A stretch of 62,999 nt of DNA, the filler included, from Corallochytrium limacisporum Hawaii (taxonomy: Eukaryota; Protista; Pluriformea), in assembly GCA_002811645.1 (NCBI GenBank). It is 5 parts of 5 records of this genome, joined end to end, with 100 filler letters (N's around TTAATTAATTAA, not from the genome) between each part and the next. Parts side by side here need not be neighbours in the genome. Positions count along the whole stretch, not along the records: positions 16,565 to 25,535 come from PDIP01000178.1; positions 25,636 to 51,798 come from PDIP01000022.1; 3 more parts are not named here. The stretch is one strand, 5' to 3'. How positions within the stretch are numbered: position 1 is the stretch's first letter; each line of letters starts with the position of its first letter. The translations under genes and the position numbers were made by a program. The notes beneath the pieces are model-generated. The model saw nothing but the letters and a program-made list of their open reading frames with translations, ran no database searches and had not been told where the DNA came from. Shown here in pieces: positions 23,498 to 34,578 of this stretch.

Positions 23498-24037
23498 ATG
23501 GAGTCCGATCCACATCAAGTTCTTGACCGAATAGAACAGAGAGTCGCCCTTCTGGAGCAACTTGTAAGGAGCGCTGGAAAGGATACGACAGTGTCTGCAA
23601 GCATTCAATATGCAACTTCCGGGATACAAAGCTGTACACAGGATCGACAAGATCTTGCTCAGCTATTGACTAAGGAACAATTGATCTTTGGAGAATCCGG
23701 AGCTCTACAGCTCATGTCCCATACTTGCGATGTAGAGGGCAATGTGCAGCTAATCAAGCTCAGACAAGACTTTTTGGAGAATTTAAATGCACGGTTAACG
23801 AAACTGGACCGACTGAGACCTGCGCTGGACCAGATGGATATGGAGTCATATATAAAGAGCAAACAGGATGTAACAAAAGTGTTTGCCAACCAAGCGAAAT
23901 TGAACGAGACAGCCATGAGCAACGCTACCGAAACGGTGGAGCTGTTGTTGCGGTACAGAGGGATTGTTGACGCGTTAAATGATCAATTCCTTCGTATGGA
24001 TCATGTGTTGACCACGATCGAAGAGAATGGAAGCTGA
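23498..24037 (+). CDS. DCTN3: Dynactin subunit 3 (p22/p24)-like
   Basis: About 180 aa, all-helical. N-terminal LDRIEQRVALLEQLV and C-terminal LLLRYRGIVDALNDQFLRMDHVLTTIE match the p22/p24 pattern; start context ACAATGG. Confidence 0.7.
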   Translation: MESDPHQVLDRIEQRVALLEQLVRSAGKDTTVSASIQYATSGIQSCTQDRQDLAQLLTKEQLIFGESGALQLMSHTCDVEGNVQLIKLRQDFLENLNARLTKLDRLRPALDQMDMESYIKSKQDVTKVFANQAKLNETAMSNATETVELLLRYRGIVDALNDQFLRMDHVLTTIEENGS

Positions 24038-24072
24038 TACTGAACCCGATATTTTAATACATCTTATTCACT

Positions 24073-25254
24073 TTATAGTTCATCGTAGTCGACATCCTCA
24101 TCTATTGTCTTCTTACCCTTGCGGGTGTGAGGATTCATGTTCCACGGAGCACTAGAGTCCTCCAGAATAAGCTTTTCCCGAGCATCTTGTGCACCTTTTA
24201 GGGGCTTCCAGGTTGATTTCATGAAGCTAAAGGCCTCATCAAGACTGTCAGTGATGATAATATTGTCAAATACAGACCCTGACTTCACTTGCCAAATTTC
24301 GATGCCAATGCCTCCAATGTCCTGGACCTGATACAGTTCTGTGTCCTCCTTATACTCTGGGTTGTCAATCATAGGGTGCACCCACTGACCTTGATACTCT
24401 GAGTTCGGAATCATTGGCGGCTGCCACTCCCCCTTGTAGTCCGGATTAGCGACCATTGGCGTCTGCCACTCGCCGTCAATATCGTCATCCCATCCCTCCG
24501 GTTTGTGTGTGTCTGGTTTGACAATGAGACGGCGGTCGTCCCAGTTATCTGGTTTCGTAGCAGCGCGGTCCGGAACTTGCTCTCGATCATCCCAATGTTC
24601 TGGTTTCACAGCTTCCGGATCCCTGATCTTTTGTGGAGGTAAAATTGCCCAGCTATCGGAGATCTGTCCTTTTCGGACCTCTAAACCGTCAATGTACACA
24701 CCGTACCGATTCTCAGGGGTGAGAACAAGCGTATAAACATGGGCTTTTCGGTCCACTGGAGGGATGATGTCATGTTTGATTAGGTATCCTGTGCCATTTT
24801 TGTTCAGAACAACATGTGTTTGTCTGGTTTGACCACAAATGTCTGGCCCAAACATAATTTCCATGTCAGTTTCAGCGTTGAACTGCTTTGGCTCGAACTT
24901 TCCGTTCAACAGCTTGATATATCCACCGCCGCAGTCAATGATCTGGTCATGTGCAATCTGAAACTGTAGCACAAGCGATTTGTCCTTGTTACTAAACGAT
25001 TCTGGGAATTTGGTTGAGATGGCATAGTGGTGGTAGTCCTCTGTAGTCTGCAGTCCAGTGTCTGTGTCAACGCTCGAATACACTCCAGGTGTGCCCAGTT
25101 TGAAAGCGCCGTAGTCCACTTTGGATTCACTTTGTACCCATCGTGTCTTGTAGTTTTCCCCATCCGCAAAGGTCTCCTTGAAGTACACTTCCCCTTCGAC
25201 ACCGACCACAAACAGAAGGAGCCATCCTGCAAATACCGCCGATTCGAGGCGCAT
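24073..25254 (-). CDS. CALR: Calreticulin
   Basis: Signal peptide then EVYFKETF; CGGGYIKL; IMFGPDICG; P-domain repeats (KPEHWDD, KPDNWDD, KPEGWDD; GEWxxPMIxNP); IWQVKSGSVFDN; C-terminal YDEL. Alternative start at 25302. Confidence 0.95.
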   Translation of the reverse strand: MRLESAVFAGWLLLFVVGVEGEVYFKETFADGENYKTRWVQSESKVDYGAFKLGTPGVYSSVDTDTGLQTTEDYHHYAISTKFPESFSNKDKSLVLQFQIAHDQIIDCGGGYIKLLNGKFEPKQFNAETDMEIMFGPDICGQTRQTHVVLNKNGTGYLIKHDIIPPVDRKAHVYTLVLTPENRYGVYIDGLEVRKGQISDSWAILPPQKIRDPEAVKPEHWDDREQVPDRAATKPDNWDDRRLIVKPDTHKPEGWDDDIDGEWQTPMVANPDYKGEWQPPMIPNSEYQGQWVHPMIDNPEYKEDTELYQVQDIGGIGIEIWQVKSGSVFDNIIITDSLDEAFSFMKSTWKPLKGAQDAREKLILEDSSAPWNMNPHTRKGKKTIDEDVDYDEL

Positions 25255-25535
25255 TACGTAGTCCCTTTTCCGTAATCCATGCCCAAGCATGTAAACTCCC
25301 ATTGATCAAGAACCCTGTATATACCTCACTGGGCTGTAGTGATGTTTATTATACCTGGCCACACATCTTGTCCAACAGCGCATCACTCATTGTTTTCGAA
25401 CATCGGAGCCGCCTACCGATCCATTGCGGGAAGTGTATGCGCACAGGGAACGAAAGTGAAAGGGGCGGGAAAGGCAGGGTTACTCGCAGCTGCGCAGAGG
25501 GGGAGCGGACACCAAGGATCCCCCCCGCGGGGGGG

Positions 25536-25635
25536 NNNNNNNNNNNNNNNNNNNNNNNNNNNNNNNNNNNNNNNNNNNNTTAATTAATTAANNNNNNNNN
25601 NNNNNNNNNNNNNNNNNNNNNNNNNNNNNNNNNNN
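25536..25635. other. Artificial contig linker
   Basis: N44-TTAATTAATTAA-N44. Confidence 0.95.
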
Positions 25636-25658
25636 AACCCTAACCCTAACCCTAACCC
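25636..25658. repeat. Telomeric-type (CCCTAA)n repeats at contig start
   Basis: AACCCTAACCCTAACCCTAACCC as the first bases of the piece, in the orientation of a left chromosome end; only about 4 units are visible. Confidence 0.65.
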
Positions 25659-25853
25659 CAAAGATTTCACACAGGTCAAGCCAGGGGAACAGGGAAGGTC
25701 ATCGGGTCCGGGGCACTGCTCAGTCTGCGGCAAGCATACACTGGCCGGAGTAACTTCAGGAACCACAGACGTGTGATCATCCACTGCAGCAGCTTGCGTC
25801 ACTGTTGCGGCGACGGCGGCCAAGACTATGGCAAAGGCATACTCAGTCTTCAT
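25636..25853 (-). CDS. Small secreted Cys-rich (knottin/CBM1-like spacing) ORF running into telomeric repeats, no stop
   Basis: MKTEYAFAIVLAAVAATVTQA signal peptide; C-x6-C-x7-C-x5-C; then in-frame (TTA GGG)n encoding (LG)n. Confidence 0.6.
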
Positions 25854-28278
25854 GACAGATTCCCGTTTGGTCTCCCTGAGAAATTGTACGCACAGTCAGC
25901 AAAGGTCAATCTGCTTGCTGTTGCCACAAGTTCATAAATACCTTTCTGTGGATCAGAGTCACTATGCTCTCCCCCATATCAATTTGCATTATACAATGTC
26001 CTAGCTAGTCGTACACGCTCACATGATGTTGATGGCTATGCGTGACCTTTGCTACCAGATCAGTTACTCTCACAGCGATACAGGAAGCGGATCATTCGAT
26101 GACGGCTCCACTGCCATTGCAGACCCATCGAGTGAGACTGTACGGATCCGTCTTTGCATCTGCAGCGTTTCGTTTTCTTGGTGGCTTCTCGGCTTCGGTT
26201 GCGGCCCCTGCCGGCAAATACACTCGCTGATACTCTGCGCTCGTCTACAGTTGACACGTAATATCTGAAACGCAAGACTCGAGGCACTCAATACCGTAGT
26301 CGTAAATTCTATACATATGGACATTGACAGCCTTGGTGTACTCCAGTTATATTTTTCATAGTGCAGAACTTCAAAGGAGAACGGTCCCACGGGCCCCCAC
26401 CCCAGAAAGTGCCCCGGGTCGAGGCTGTGTACTTCCCCGAAATGTAACATTTCGATACTGATTTCTATGGAACGAGACGCGATATATGCAGTATAGTAGC
26501 GGAGTTTGGAAGCCCTACCTAGCGGTGGGTAATTGTAATCAATGAGACCACCTGCCCAAGCTACTGTGGCAGTGGAAATAGTTTCCCTCTGAGCCAAATT
26601 ACCAACTGCACATGAAGTCAATTTCAAACATGGTGTCCAGCCAAGAAACGTGCTCGTGGTAGGTCCCCTCGACGTTACCGTCGAAATGAATGAATGCGGG
26701 CACGGACGGGAAGTCTGAGTTGCGGCACAGTCTACGCTGCCTAGACTGAGGCATTAGATTCACAGGCATGGCAATTTCGTACTGGTGAATCTGTCCCGCA
26801 GTTTCCAGCCATACAGAGTCTTTGTGGGGTGCGCACTCGCGTAAATGTCCTCGACCTTACCGTCGGGAGGATTGCATTCAACGTTGCCGAAGGCGTGCGA
26901 ATTTGGAATTTTTTAGCGAGTGAGAATTGGATATTGCAGGCGAATGCTGGACGTACTGTCGGCTACTGGATTCACCTGGGTGAACGAATGCGGACGAAGA
27001 CAAGAAGTCTGAGCTACGGCATATTCTATGCTGGTGACAATGTAAATCCCCATCCCAACAGAAACCTGTTTCTGGGATTTGCTTAAGTGGACAAAATTGG
27101 TCACAATACTTCTCGACCCTTTTACTGGTCCGCCCTTACTATTGCAATCGGATGACGGGCTCATATTGTTACGTCAGCACGACGTCCTAAACGATATTTC
27201 CCAACTGTGGCCACCAAGGCGCGCAAAATCGCGGGTGCATAGGATTGGTAGTGCTTTTCAGGTGCTCACGCTGTGTCAACCGCTTTGTTACCTATTCGTT
27301 GTGGTGGCCGGGCAACTTCCGCCGCAACCGGCCACCATCCGTGTTACCAGCGGTATGACATTGGAAATTGCCGCATACCGCACAGGTCTCCATGCCGGGA
27401 TCCCGGGTTACGGACTTCCCCAGCTGGGTGACGCTTCTCAGGCTCCTAACCTTCTCTACAACAACGAACTCTTTACTGCTGCCGCAGTCACGGGGTGAAG
27501 GTTTACGTGAAGGAGGATGGAAGGCTGGCACCCTAAGCAATCACTAGTCAACCGAGTACCCAAACGAGGACGGGACGTAGTATCATTTGGTTGTGTACCA
27601 TGTAAGCCAATATGGTCTCGGTAGATTCCTTTGGCCTTGGTACCTGTACACTTGGTCATCACCAGGAACCTTGGTATGGCGAGAGGGAAATGCTAAGAGG
27701 GGAGAAAGACAAGTGGCTGAACTGGCCCAGTGTTTGCTGGTGCCGTCCGTATGCGCACGACACCTTTTTCCTTTCCATTTTCGATTGACTTTTGCTTCAT
27801 AAAGAACATGCAATGATGATCGCCTCCAAAAACGCAACATGTAGCGACAAGGAGAAAAGACTAGATAAGAATCATTGGTGAGACCCATAACTCTGTAATA
27901 CGGAAGAATCCCCATTTGACTAATACGCTTTCCTTACATAGTCTACTTGGGGACAAGGTAGTTGTGATCAGAAACATTACTTTATAAGAATACCTTACTT
28001 CCAAGCGTGAAATACACGTAAGAAGGTTGACCTTCTTTGATCGGGTTTTTTACATTAGCATTCTACTGAGTGGAACGTAAACGTGCAGTCGAAGAAACGA
28101 AGTACGGAGTTAAATCAAAGTTCAAGTCCTATTCGCAAGTTCAAGAACTTCAGTATACAAAAATAGTGAGTCTTCCGGCCAGAACCCACGCCAAAGGGGA
28201 GATAACACCACTTATCCAAGACACAAGACCAACCATCTTACATACAAAGACACTACCGAGGGCCCTCTTAAAACAGTC

Positions 28279-30858
28279 ATGCGAGAAGCTCTGAGAAAGT
28301 TGAGTCGGTCCAATACCCAGCGATATGGAATCTTCTCCTCAAAAGGAACACACCATAAATCCCTTCCTGTCATATCGCCTCCAACCACAGAAGTTGATGA
28401 TGATACCAACAAGACAGATGATGAGGACTACAGGCCAGAGACAGAAGTTGATAATGAGGACAGCAGTCAAGAGACAGAAGTTGATGACGAGGAAAGCTCG
28501 CCAGAGAGCAAGCTGAAAGCAGAGGCCCTGTCGGTACCAGAGGGTCACGTCCGCAGCGGCTCCTTTGGCACTCGTATTGAACTAAATGAAAAGAACGCTG
28601 CAAAAATGCGGAAGACTTTGGAAGAAAAGAAGGGTTATTTAGAGCTCCTACGTAACGCTAACATCAATGGTAGCCGAGAATACGCGTTCGCAGACCGACC
28701 GTTTAATGATGATGCCAAGTTCCAACTGTCCATGCTTCAGCTTGCCTGCTGCTGTGGTCTGAACGAGTGCGTGGAAATGCTCGTTGGGACTATGGGCGTG
28801 AATGTGAACCAACGGGATCCACGATTTGGTAGAACAGCCCTCCACTACGCCGTCCAAGCACCCGAGAGTGAAATTCTGGCGGAAATGAACCGCCTCTACT
28901 TTGACGTTAACCCACAGGGCCAGATGAAATGCGTGGTTATGTTGCTTGACAAGGGCGCAGACGTCAATGCTGCAGGAACAAGTGATGGCAAGACGCCGTT
29001 ACATCTCGCCTGCGCTCGGAACCACCCACATATGATTCAGACTCTGCTCCAGTCCGACGCTGACCCCTCATTGCGAGATGCCACTGGACATACACCACTT
29101 GACGTGACTCTCGAGGGGTCGCGAGACCCGGGCACTCAAACAGGTGTGTCGTTGGCATCCATCGCCGCCACCAAAAAGAAGCAAGAAACGATCGTTCGCT
29201 TGCTGCTCAGTGCCGGTGCATCAATAAACCTGGAGGAACCACAGGCAATGGAGTTGCTGCCATCTCTTCCGAGGTCCATCTTGCGTGCAGTACTTTGCAT
29301 GGATAGGAAACAACTCGACGTAGAGGACAGAGAACGACGCAGGCTCATACACCGTCTCCTCCTGGTTTCAGCAGCTCCTGGAGTTGCGAAGAAACAAATA
29401 CTTTCCGCAGAAGCACTGGCGGCCTCACATGCGCCCCTTCGGGCATCGCTGGGAGCACTGGATAGTGCCGCCTCTATGTCTAATGCACAGGCTTGCGGCA
29501 CTGTTTCTTCGGCATACTCTATCCCTGCGACGGCTTCGATTTCGTCCGTGGCCAACGACCATTCATCAGAAGCCGACTCTCCGTTCACATCTCCACAGAT
29601 GCCTATGCGGCCCCCTCGCAAGAGCACCATCGGGGATCGCGCTCTGTCCAAGCTGAGGTACAATATTGATGGTGTCTTCAACAACCACTACTGCAAGCCT
29701 GACCCACCGATTGGAGTCTTCGATCCCCTCGCTGCCGCGGGTATGGACCCTGACCTTCTGGTCCCCATCGCAGCGACTCCTTCCGGCCTCTACATCCTCT
29801 CTGAAATTCTCAAGCTTGGCGTCAGCGTGAACTGCAGAGATCAATACGGCCGGACACCACTGATGTACGCCGTCGCCAACCCACTGCTGACAGAGGCGCA
29901 GGCTTTACTATTACGCTTTGGTGCAAATCCAACAATCCAAGCTGCTTGTGGAGGTTCTCTTGATCCAGCTCTTGCTGCAACTGACCTCGCCGACCTGCGC
30001 GCAAGCACTTCAGTCTGTGAGGTCCGCACAGCCATTGAGGCCAATCCATTCCTTATTGACGCAGTTCACTACCGGCATGGCTCACTGCTCCACAGTTTCG
30101 CTCGCGATGGCAAGGACGAACTCGTTGAAGTCTGTCTTGATGCCGGCGCAGATGTGGGTTGCCCCATGCCTGACACCCGGCACACGCCTCTCCATTGGGC
30201 AGCAGAGATGGGCCGGGACACCATAGTGGGTCTATTGCTCGAGCATGGTGCCGACGCGACAGTAAAAACTACAGACCGAGGGTGGACACCACTACACGTA
30301 GCCTGCCGTTGGGGACGGACGGGTACGGTGAAACGGCTGCTTGCGGAAGGAGTCGAAGCTGTGGATGCCTTCGCACAGGATCGACAGGGCCTAACAGCGT
30401 GGCAGATCGCGGCCACGCACAGGCGAAAACATGTGCTGCAGCTACAGCCACCGTTGCCGCCTCCGTCGGCAAGCGCTGATTGGGGGTCCAGTGGTCCGGA
30501 AGCTCCTCCCACCCGCCGGCCACGGAAGAATGTCCCCCTGGCCATGGATCTGAAGATGGCCGTCCGCGATGGCAAATCAGGCGCCGCGGTACCTTCATCC
30601 GTGAACATGCCACCACACTCTTTCTCCTCCACAGTAGTGGACCACCAATCTGCACGTCCTGGGGTCTCCATGTTATCTGTGAGCCCGGAATCTCTGGTAT
30701 TCGCCCGGGATGACCTGCACAGGACTCAGCCCACTGCTTCGAAGGGTTCCGATGTTAGCGGTAGTGCCAGTCTGATCAATGGCAGTGGCAAAGGCAGCAT
30801 GGGTAACGTCAATGGCGAATATGGCAGCAGCAGCTCCCTAAAAACGGACAGCTGTTAA
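28279..30858 (+). CDS. Ankyrin-repeat protein
   Basis: 859 aa. GRTALHYAV, GKTPLHLAC, GHTPLD, GRTPLMYAV, HTPLHWAA, GWTPLHVAC, LL..GADVN; three acidic TEVD(D/N) repeats near the N-terminus. Confidence 0.92.
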   Translation: MREALRKLSRSNTQRYGIFSSKGTHHKSLPVISPPTTEVDDDTNKTDDEDYRPETEVDNEDSSQETEVDDEESSPESKLKAEALSVPEGHVRSGSFGTRIELNEKNAAKMRKTLEEKKGYLELLRNANINGSREYAFADRPFNDDAKFQLSMLQLACCCGLNECVEMLVGTMGVNVNQRDPRFGRTALHYAVQAPESEILAEMNRLYFDVNPQGQMKCVVMLLDKGADVNAAGTSDGKTPLHLACARNHPHMIQTLLQSDADPSLRDATGHTPLDVTLEGSRDPGTQTGVSLASIAATKKKQETIVRLLLSAGASINLEEPQAMELLPSLPRSILRAVLCMDRKQLDVEDRERRRLIHRLLLVSAAPGVAKKQILSAEALAASHAPLRASLGALDSAASMSNAQACGTVSSAYSIPATASISSVANDHSSEADSPFTSPQMPMRPPRKSTIGDRALSKLRYNIDGVFNNHYCKPDPPIGVFDPLAAAGMDPDLLVPIAATPSGLYILSEILKLGVSVNCRDQYGRTPLMYAVANPLLTEAQALLLRFGANPTIQAACGGSLDPALAATDLADLRASTSVCEVRTAIEANPFLIDAVHYRHGSLLHSFARDGKDELVEVCLDAGADVGCPMPDTRHTPLHWAAEMGRDTIVGLLLEHGADATVKTTDRGWTPLHVACRWGRTGTVKRLLAEGVEAVDAFAQDRQGLTAWQIAATHRRKHVLQLQPPLPPPSASADWGSSGPEAPPTRRPRKNVPLAMDLKMAVRDGKSGAAVPSSVNMPPHSFSSTVVDHQSARPGVSMLSVSPESLVFARDDLHRTQPTASKGSDVSGSASLINGSGKGSMGNVNGEYGSSSSLKTDSC

Positions 30859-31198
30859 GTGATGCGATAGTAATAACCATGAAACATTACTAAAGAAGTA
30901 AGCGTCCTGGGGATGTCGAAATAACTGTGCGCGTACACCAGTTGTACGCATGGAAGAACGCGAACATGATCCGTATTACGCACGCACGTTTCCTTTTCGC
31001 ACTTGCCTGTGGCAGCAATTGCTTGTTCTTGTACGGCCAAGTTAACTGACCTTATGGTAATAAAGCCATTTTTCTTCATTCTACTGCCTACGTTCAACGT
31101 CTGCCTCTACAATTAACGGCAGCATTCGTGTCTGTAAGTTCGCCATACCTAGCCTTTACTCACTTGTTCAAACGGATGGTACATGGGACTATTCTCAT

Positions 31199-31879
31199 TT
31201 ATTTGCAACGGGGTTCTCCAGAGAAACCACACCAGAGGGTGTGAGTGTTATCAGGCATGGATGCGCTGGCCATACGGTACCAGTACAACCTGTAGGTACG
31301 CTGCCAAAACCCTCCTTTGTTAAACTGGAGTGCCCACATAGAATCATGCAGGTCGCTAGTCACGTCGAAGGTGAGGTCCTTGCCCGTTTCTCCAATTTTT
31401 AGGGACCATTTCTGATCCTCGTCCACATTAGGTTCTTCTGAGTTCAACTTCCAGTAGTATTGGAAATATTTGTCACCCTGCTTGGCCTCCAATTCGAAAG
31501 AGCTGTCACCGATCGTGAGGGTTCCATTGATTGAAAGGTCCTTGCTGAGAATGATTTGGTTGTTGTCGTTTTCGTCAAGATCGTACACGCCGCAAAGAAC
31601 AGCAGCGTTTTTAACCTTCACAGCATTCTCACATTCACCACCATTTACAAATGTTTTCTGCGTGAACCAGTATGATTCGGTGAAATCTTCATCGTTCTCT
31701 CCAGCAAGAAAGCGTTGGCGAGCGGCTTCACTCGTGAACTCCTCAGCGTACAAATCAGCGATCTGACGCCGAACTACCTCGGAAAGAGCTGGGCTGTCAT
31801 CAAAGTGGGCAGCGGCACCACTAGTCACAGCAGCAGCAACGGCAGCAACGGCAGCAACGGCAGCAAAGTGGAATTTCAT
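31199..31879 (-). CDS. Orphan secreted protein, paralog A of an unrecognised family
   Basis: 226 aa. Ala/Val signal peptide, 4 Cys; aligns by eye along its length with 33982-34578. Confidence 0.85.
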   Translation of the reverse strand: MKFHFAAVAAVAAVAAAVTSGAAAHFDDSPALSEVVRRQIADLYAEEFTSEAARQRFLAGENDEDFTESYWFTQKTFVNGGECENAVKVKNAAVLCGVYDLDENDNNQIILSKDLSINGTLTIGDSSFELEAKQGDKYFQYYWKLNSEEPNVDEDQKWSLKIGETGKDLTFDVTSDLHDSMWALQFNKGGFWQRTYRLYWYRMASASMPDNTHTLWCGFSGEPRCK

Positions 31880-33981
31880 TTTCAACAGCTAATTGTGAAA
31901 CCAGTCCAAAAGAATACAGTTCATCGTGGCTCGATCAAGATCCGTCTCTCCGAGTTCAGATCTGCAGACCCGCTTAAATACTAGTACGAGTCAGAAGATG
32001 TTATCATCCATGGTGCTAGTCTTGTATCTGCTTTTAGATATTTGTATACTAGAGGTCAAGACACACTGACGGGATTAGACAACTGGCACTGCTCCGGTGG
32101 TTCTATCAAGAGCCTCCTTGCCCATGGCAGCCCGCTGGGAAGATCTTGTACGCCGTCGTTACACCGGTTGGTAGTTCCTTTTGTTTGAAAACCCTCGTGA
32201 GGCATCCCGTCTCCCGCCTGCTTGTTCTTCCCTATCAATCACACATCCGCAAACGCCACTTCCGTGCTCGATCCCAAACTTCCGCCGCTCGGCCGCTTCC
32301 CGCACCGCATAAAGTAACGTTGAGTAGCCCGACACCAAAAAATCTTCGGGCTTGGTCATCTTCCTAACCATTTTTGCTTGGGGGTGAAGCGACTTTGAAC
32401 TAATACAGCACCAGCATCGCGGTTTCCTCTGGTGTTTCATTTCTAATCGCTCGCCAAATTCCACGAAAACGATATTTCGATGCTCGGCGACTACCCACTC
32501 TGTCTCTACTGCATATGTTTGATATAATTGGGGGACTAAGACCTACCGCTTTGTTATGGCAATCATGATATCCATTCCAGGTAGTAAGCTCGGCCAACGA
32601 TTCGGACCAAGAACTGTGTTTCGGATGGTCGATCGTACTACTGTTTGCGTGTTCGATTGGTCCGCACCACTAATCAGCCCCTCCTTTTCAGGATCCCCTT
32701 TCGAAGGAATCCCTAAGAAGGGGGTGGAGAGGTGCATATACTGCAAGAAGGACTGGGTTTGGAAAACAACCACAGTCCAGGACAGGGCTATGGCTACCAT
32801 ACTACGTTTATATTTCTATGTCCATACACCGACAGTTGGCATTAAGACTGAACATGAATACCATCCGAACGGCACACATTCAAGGGACCCCTTTGTAAAC
32901 GTGCGGTCTTGGAGAAATCGGGTTGTCAATGCATTATATTTTCCCCAGTGGGTCCTACCATTGGACTGGGCACGACAGTGCTCCAAACAAAATTGGGTCG
33001 ATTGCGAGCGGTTTCGAATATGTCCGCGGCACAAAATAAACACACGAACTGAGGTTAAGAGGCTAAATACCCAACCCACACGCATTGTCATCCCCCTATG
33101 AATTTCCCAACCTTCCGATGGGGTGGTTCCTACGGGTGGGGTGGAGGGGGGGCTGAGTGGATTGATGTGATAGCCCATATTCTGTCCCTGGAGACACAAA
33201 GCGAAGTACCGATGCCAGTACTTAGTGTCATGATGTGGATGCCGGTGTCTACCACATGCACGCTAAGGATCGGATGCTAGTGACGCGATTTAACATGCCT
33301 GCAAATGTTAAGACCCTCAAGAGGCCCGATGGGTGGGTTTGTTTGCTTTCCAGCAGATCTTTTTGACTTCCCCCAATACATTCAGTATCGAAACCGACAG
33401 GGTCTAGGAGACAACACAGGGGATCACGGGTATCCAGGTCTCCTGCTCCGTGCGTCGCTCTACATTCTCCTGTGTCCGGCGCCACAATGTTTGGCCCACA
33501 TTATGATTGTGGGATAAAGGTCCAAACACTTTGAACCATCAGCGTGTTCATCGTGGCATTGTTGCGATCAGTTACAGAAACCTCATGCTCCTAATACCCA
33601 TTGAACATCACCCATCACACGAGTAATGGATGCATTGAATGCATCAAACCAACAGAGTGTGAAAATGCGAATTGCTTGGAAACAGTTGCGTGTCAGGCAA
33701 GAAGTAGGCTTTTCCCCCTCCGGCTTAGACCTCATCCGCTATCGCTCACTCCAGAAGACAGCCACCTGAAGTGTGCCTGAAGGCAAGGCAGAGGGTGCTC
33801 TAAGAGCAAACAGAATCTGAGATCCTGCCTTCATTTGTCTAGCTGTATGGAAGAAAAAAAGAGAGCGGAGTAATGGTATTTATTGGCATCCATCATCGCC
33901 CAAAGGCCAAGTACAGAAGTTATCACATGTCAAGAAGATTCCAGCCTGTGATCTCTTTCTGTCTCTTCTACCCGCGTAGAC

Positions 33982-34578
33982 ATGTCTTTCAAGAAACTCA
34001 TCCTTTGCGGCCTCGCCGGCACTATTGCTGCCGTCCCATCGCCTTCCGCAGCCGACGTGACCTCCAGGGGTTTGAGTGAACGCTTGTACAGTGTCCTTAT
34101 GGACACCACTCCCGTTCCTGTTAGTGACACCAAAAATACAGGGTTTTACTGGGGCCAGCAGGACACCTTCGCTTGTGGATCCAAAATGACTATGGCGACT
34201 GAGTCCGCTTTTGCATGTTTGCAATATCGTTTCGACGGCCCCAACAATGAGATGGTTATCGCCCAGGATGACCCCATGGAACTGTCTGCCACAGTCCACA
34301 GTGGAGTCCACTCGTGGGTGATGAAAGACGACGAAAAACGAAATGGAAAGATGGCCTGGACGAAGACTGAGCCCATGAAAGTGAACGACGACAACACTTT
34401 CGACCTTGTACTAGGCAACTGGGACGAGACAGTAATTAGTGTTAAGGACCGCAGCTACTTGGACACGTTCGCCTGTGAAGACTACTATGAAGGCAGAGAC
34501 AATATCTACCTCATGAAGGGCACCGTCGGCGACTACAATCTTCTCTGTATGTACGCCGTAATCCCAACTTGCGATTAA
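33982..34578 (+). CDS. Orphan secreted protein, paralog B of the same family
   Basis: 198 aa. Signal peptide; shared YW.Q.TF..C, A..C..Y..D..NN, and terminal L.C.....P.C motifs with 31199-31879. Confidence 0.85.
   Translation: MSFKKLILCGLAGTIAAVPSPSAADVTSRGLSERLYSVLMDTTPVPVSDTKNTGFYWGQQDTFACGSKMTMATESAFACLQYRFDGPNNEMVIAQDDPMELSATVHSGVHSWVMKDDEKRNGKMAWTKTEPMKVNDDNTFDLVLGNWDETVISVKDRSYLDTFACEDYYEGRDNIYLMKGTVGDYNLLCMYAVIPTCD

Noticed and set aside
27030-27500. Ghost of a subtilisin gene (GHNT, VVVAG, SG..PH, PNLLYN in the expected order)
   Set aside because: Motifs are degenerate, lie in different frames and are spaced too closely; not supportable without TBLASTN.
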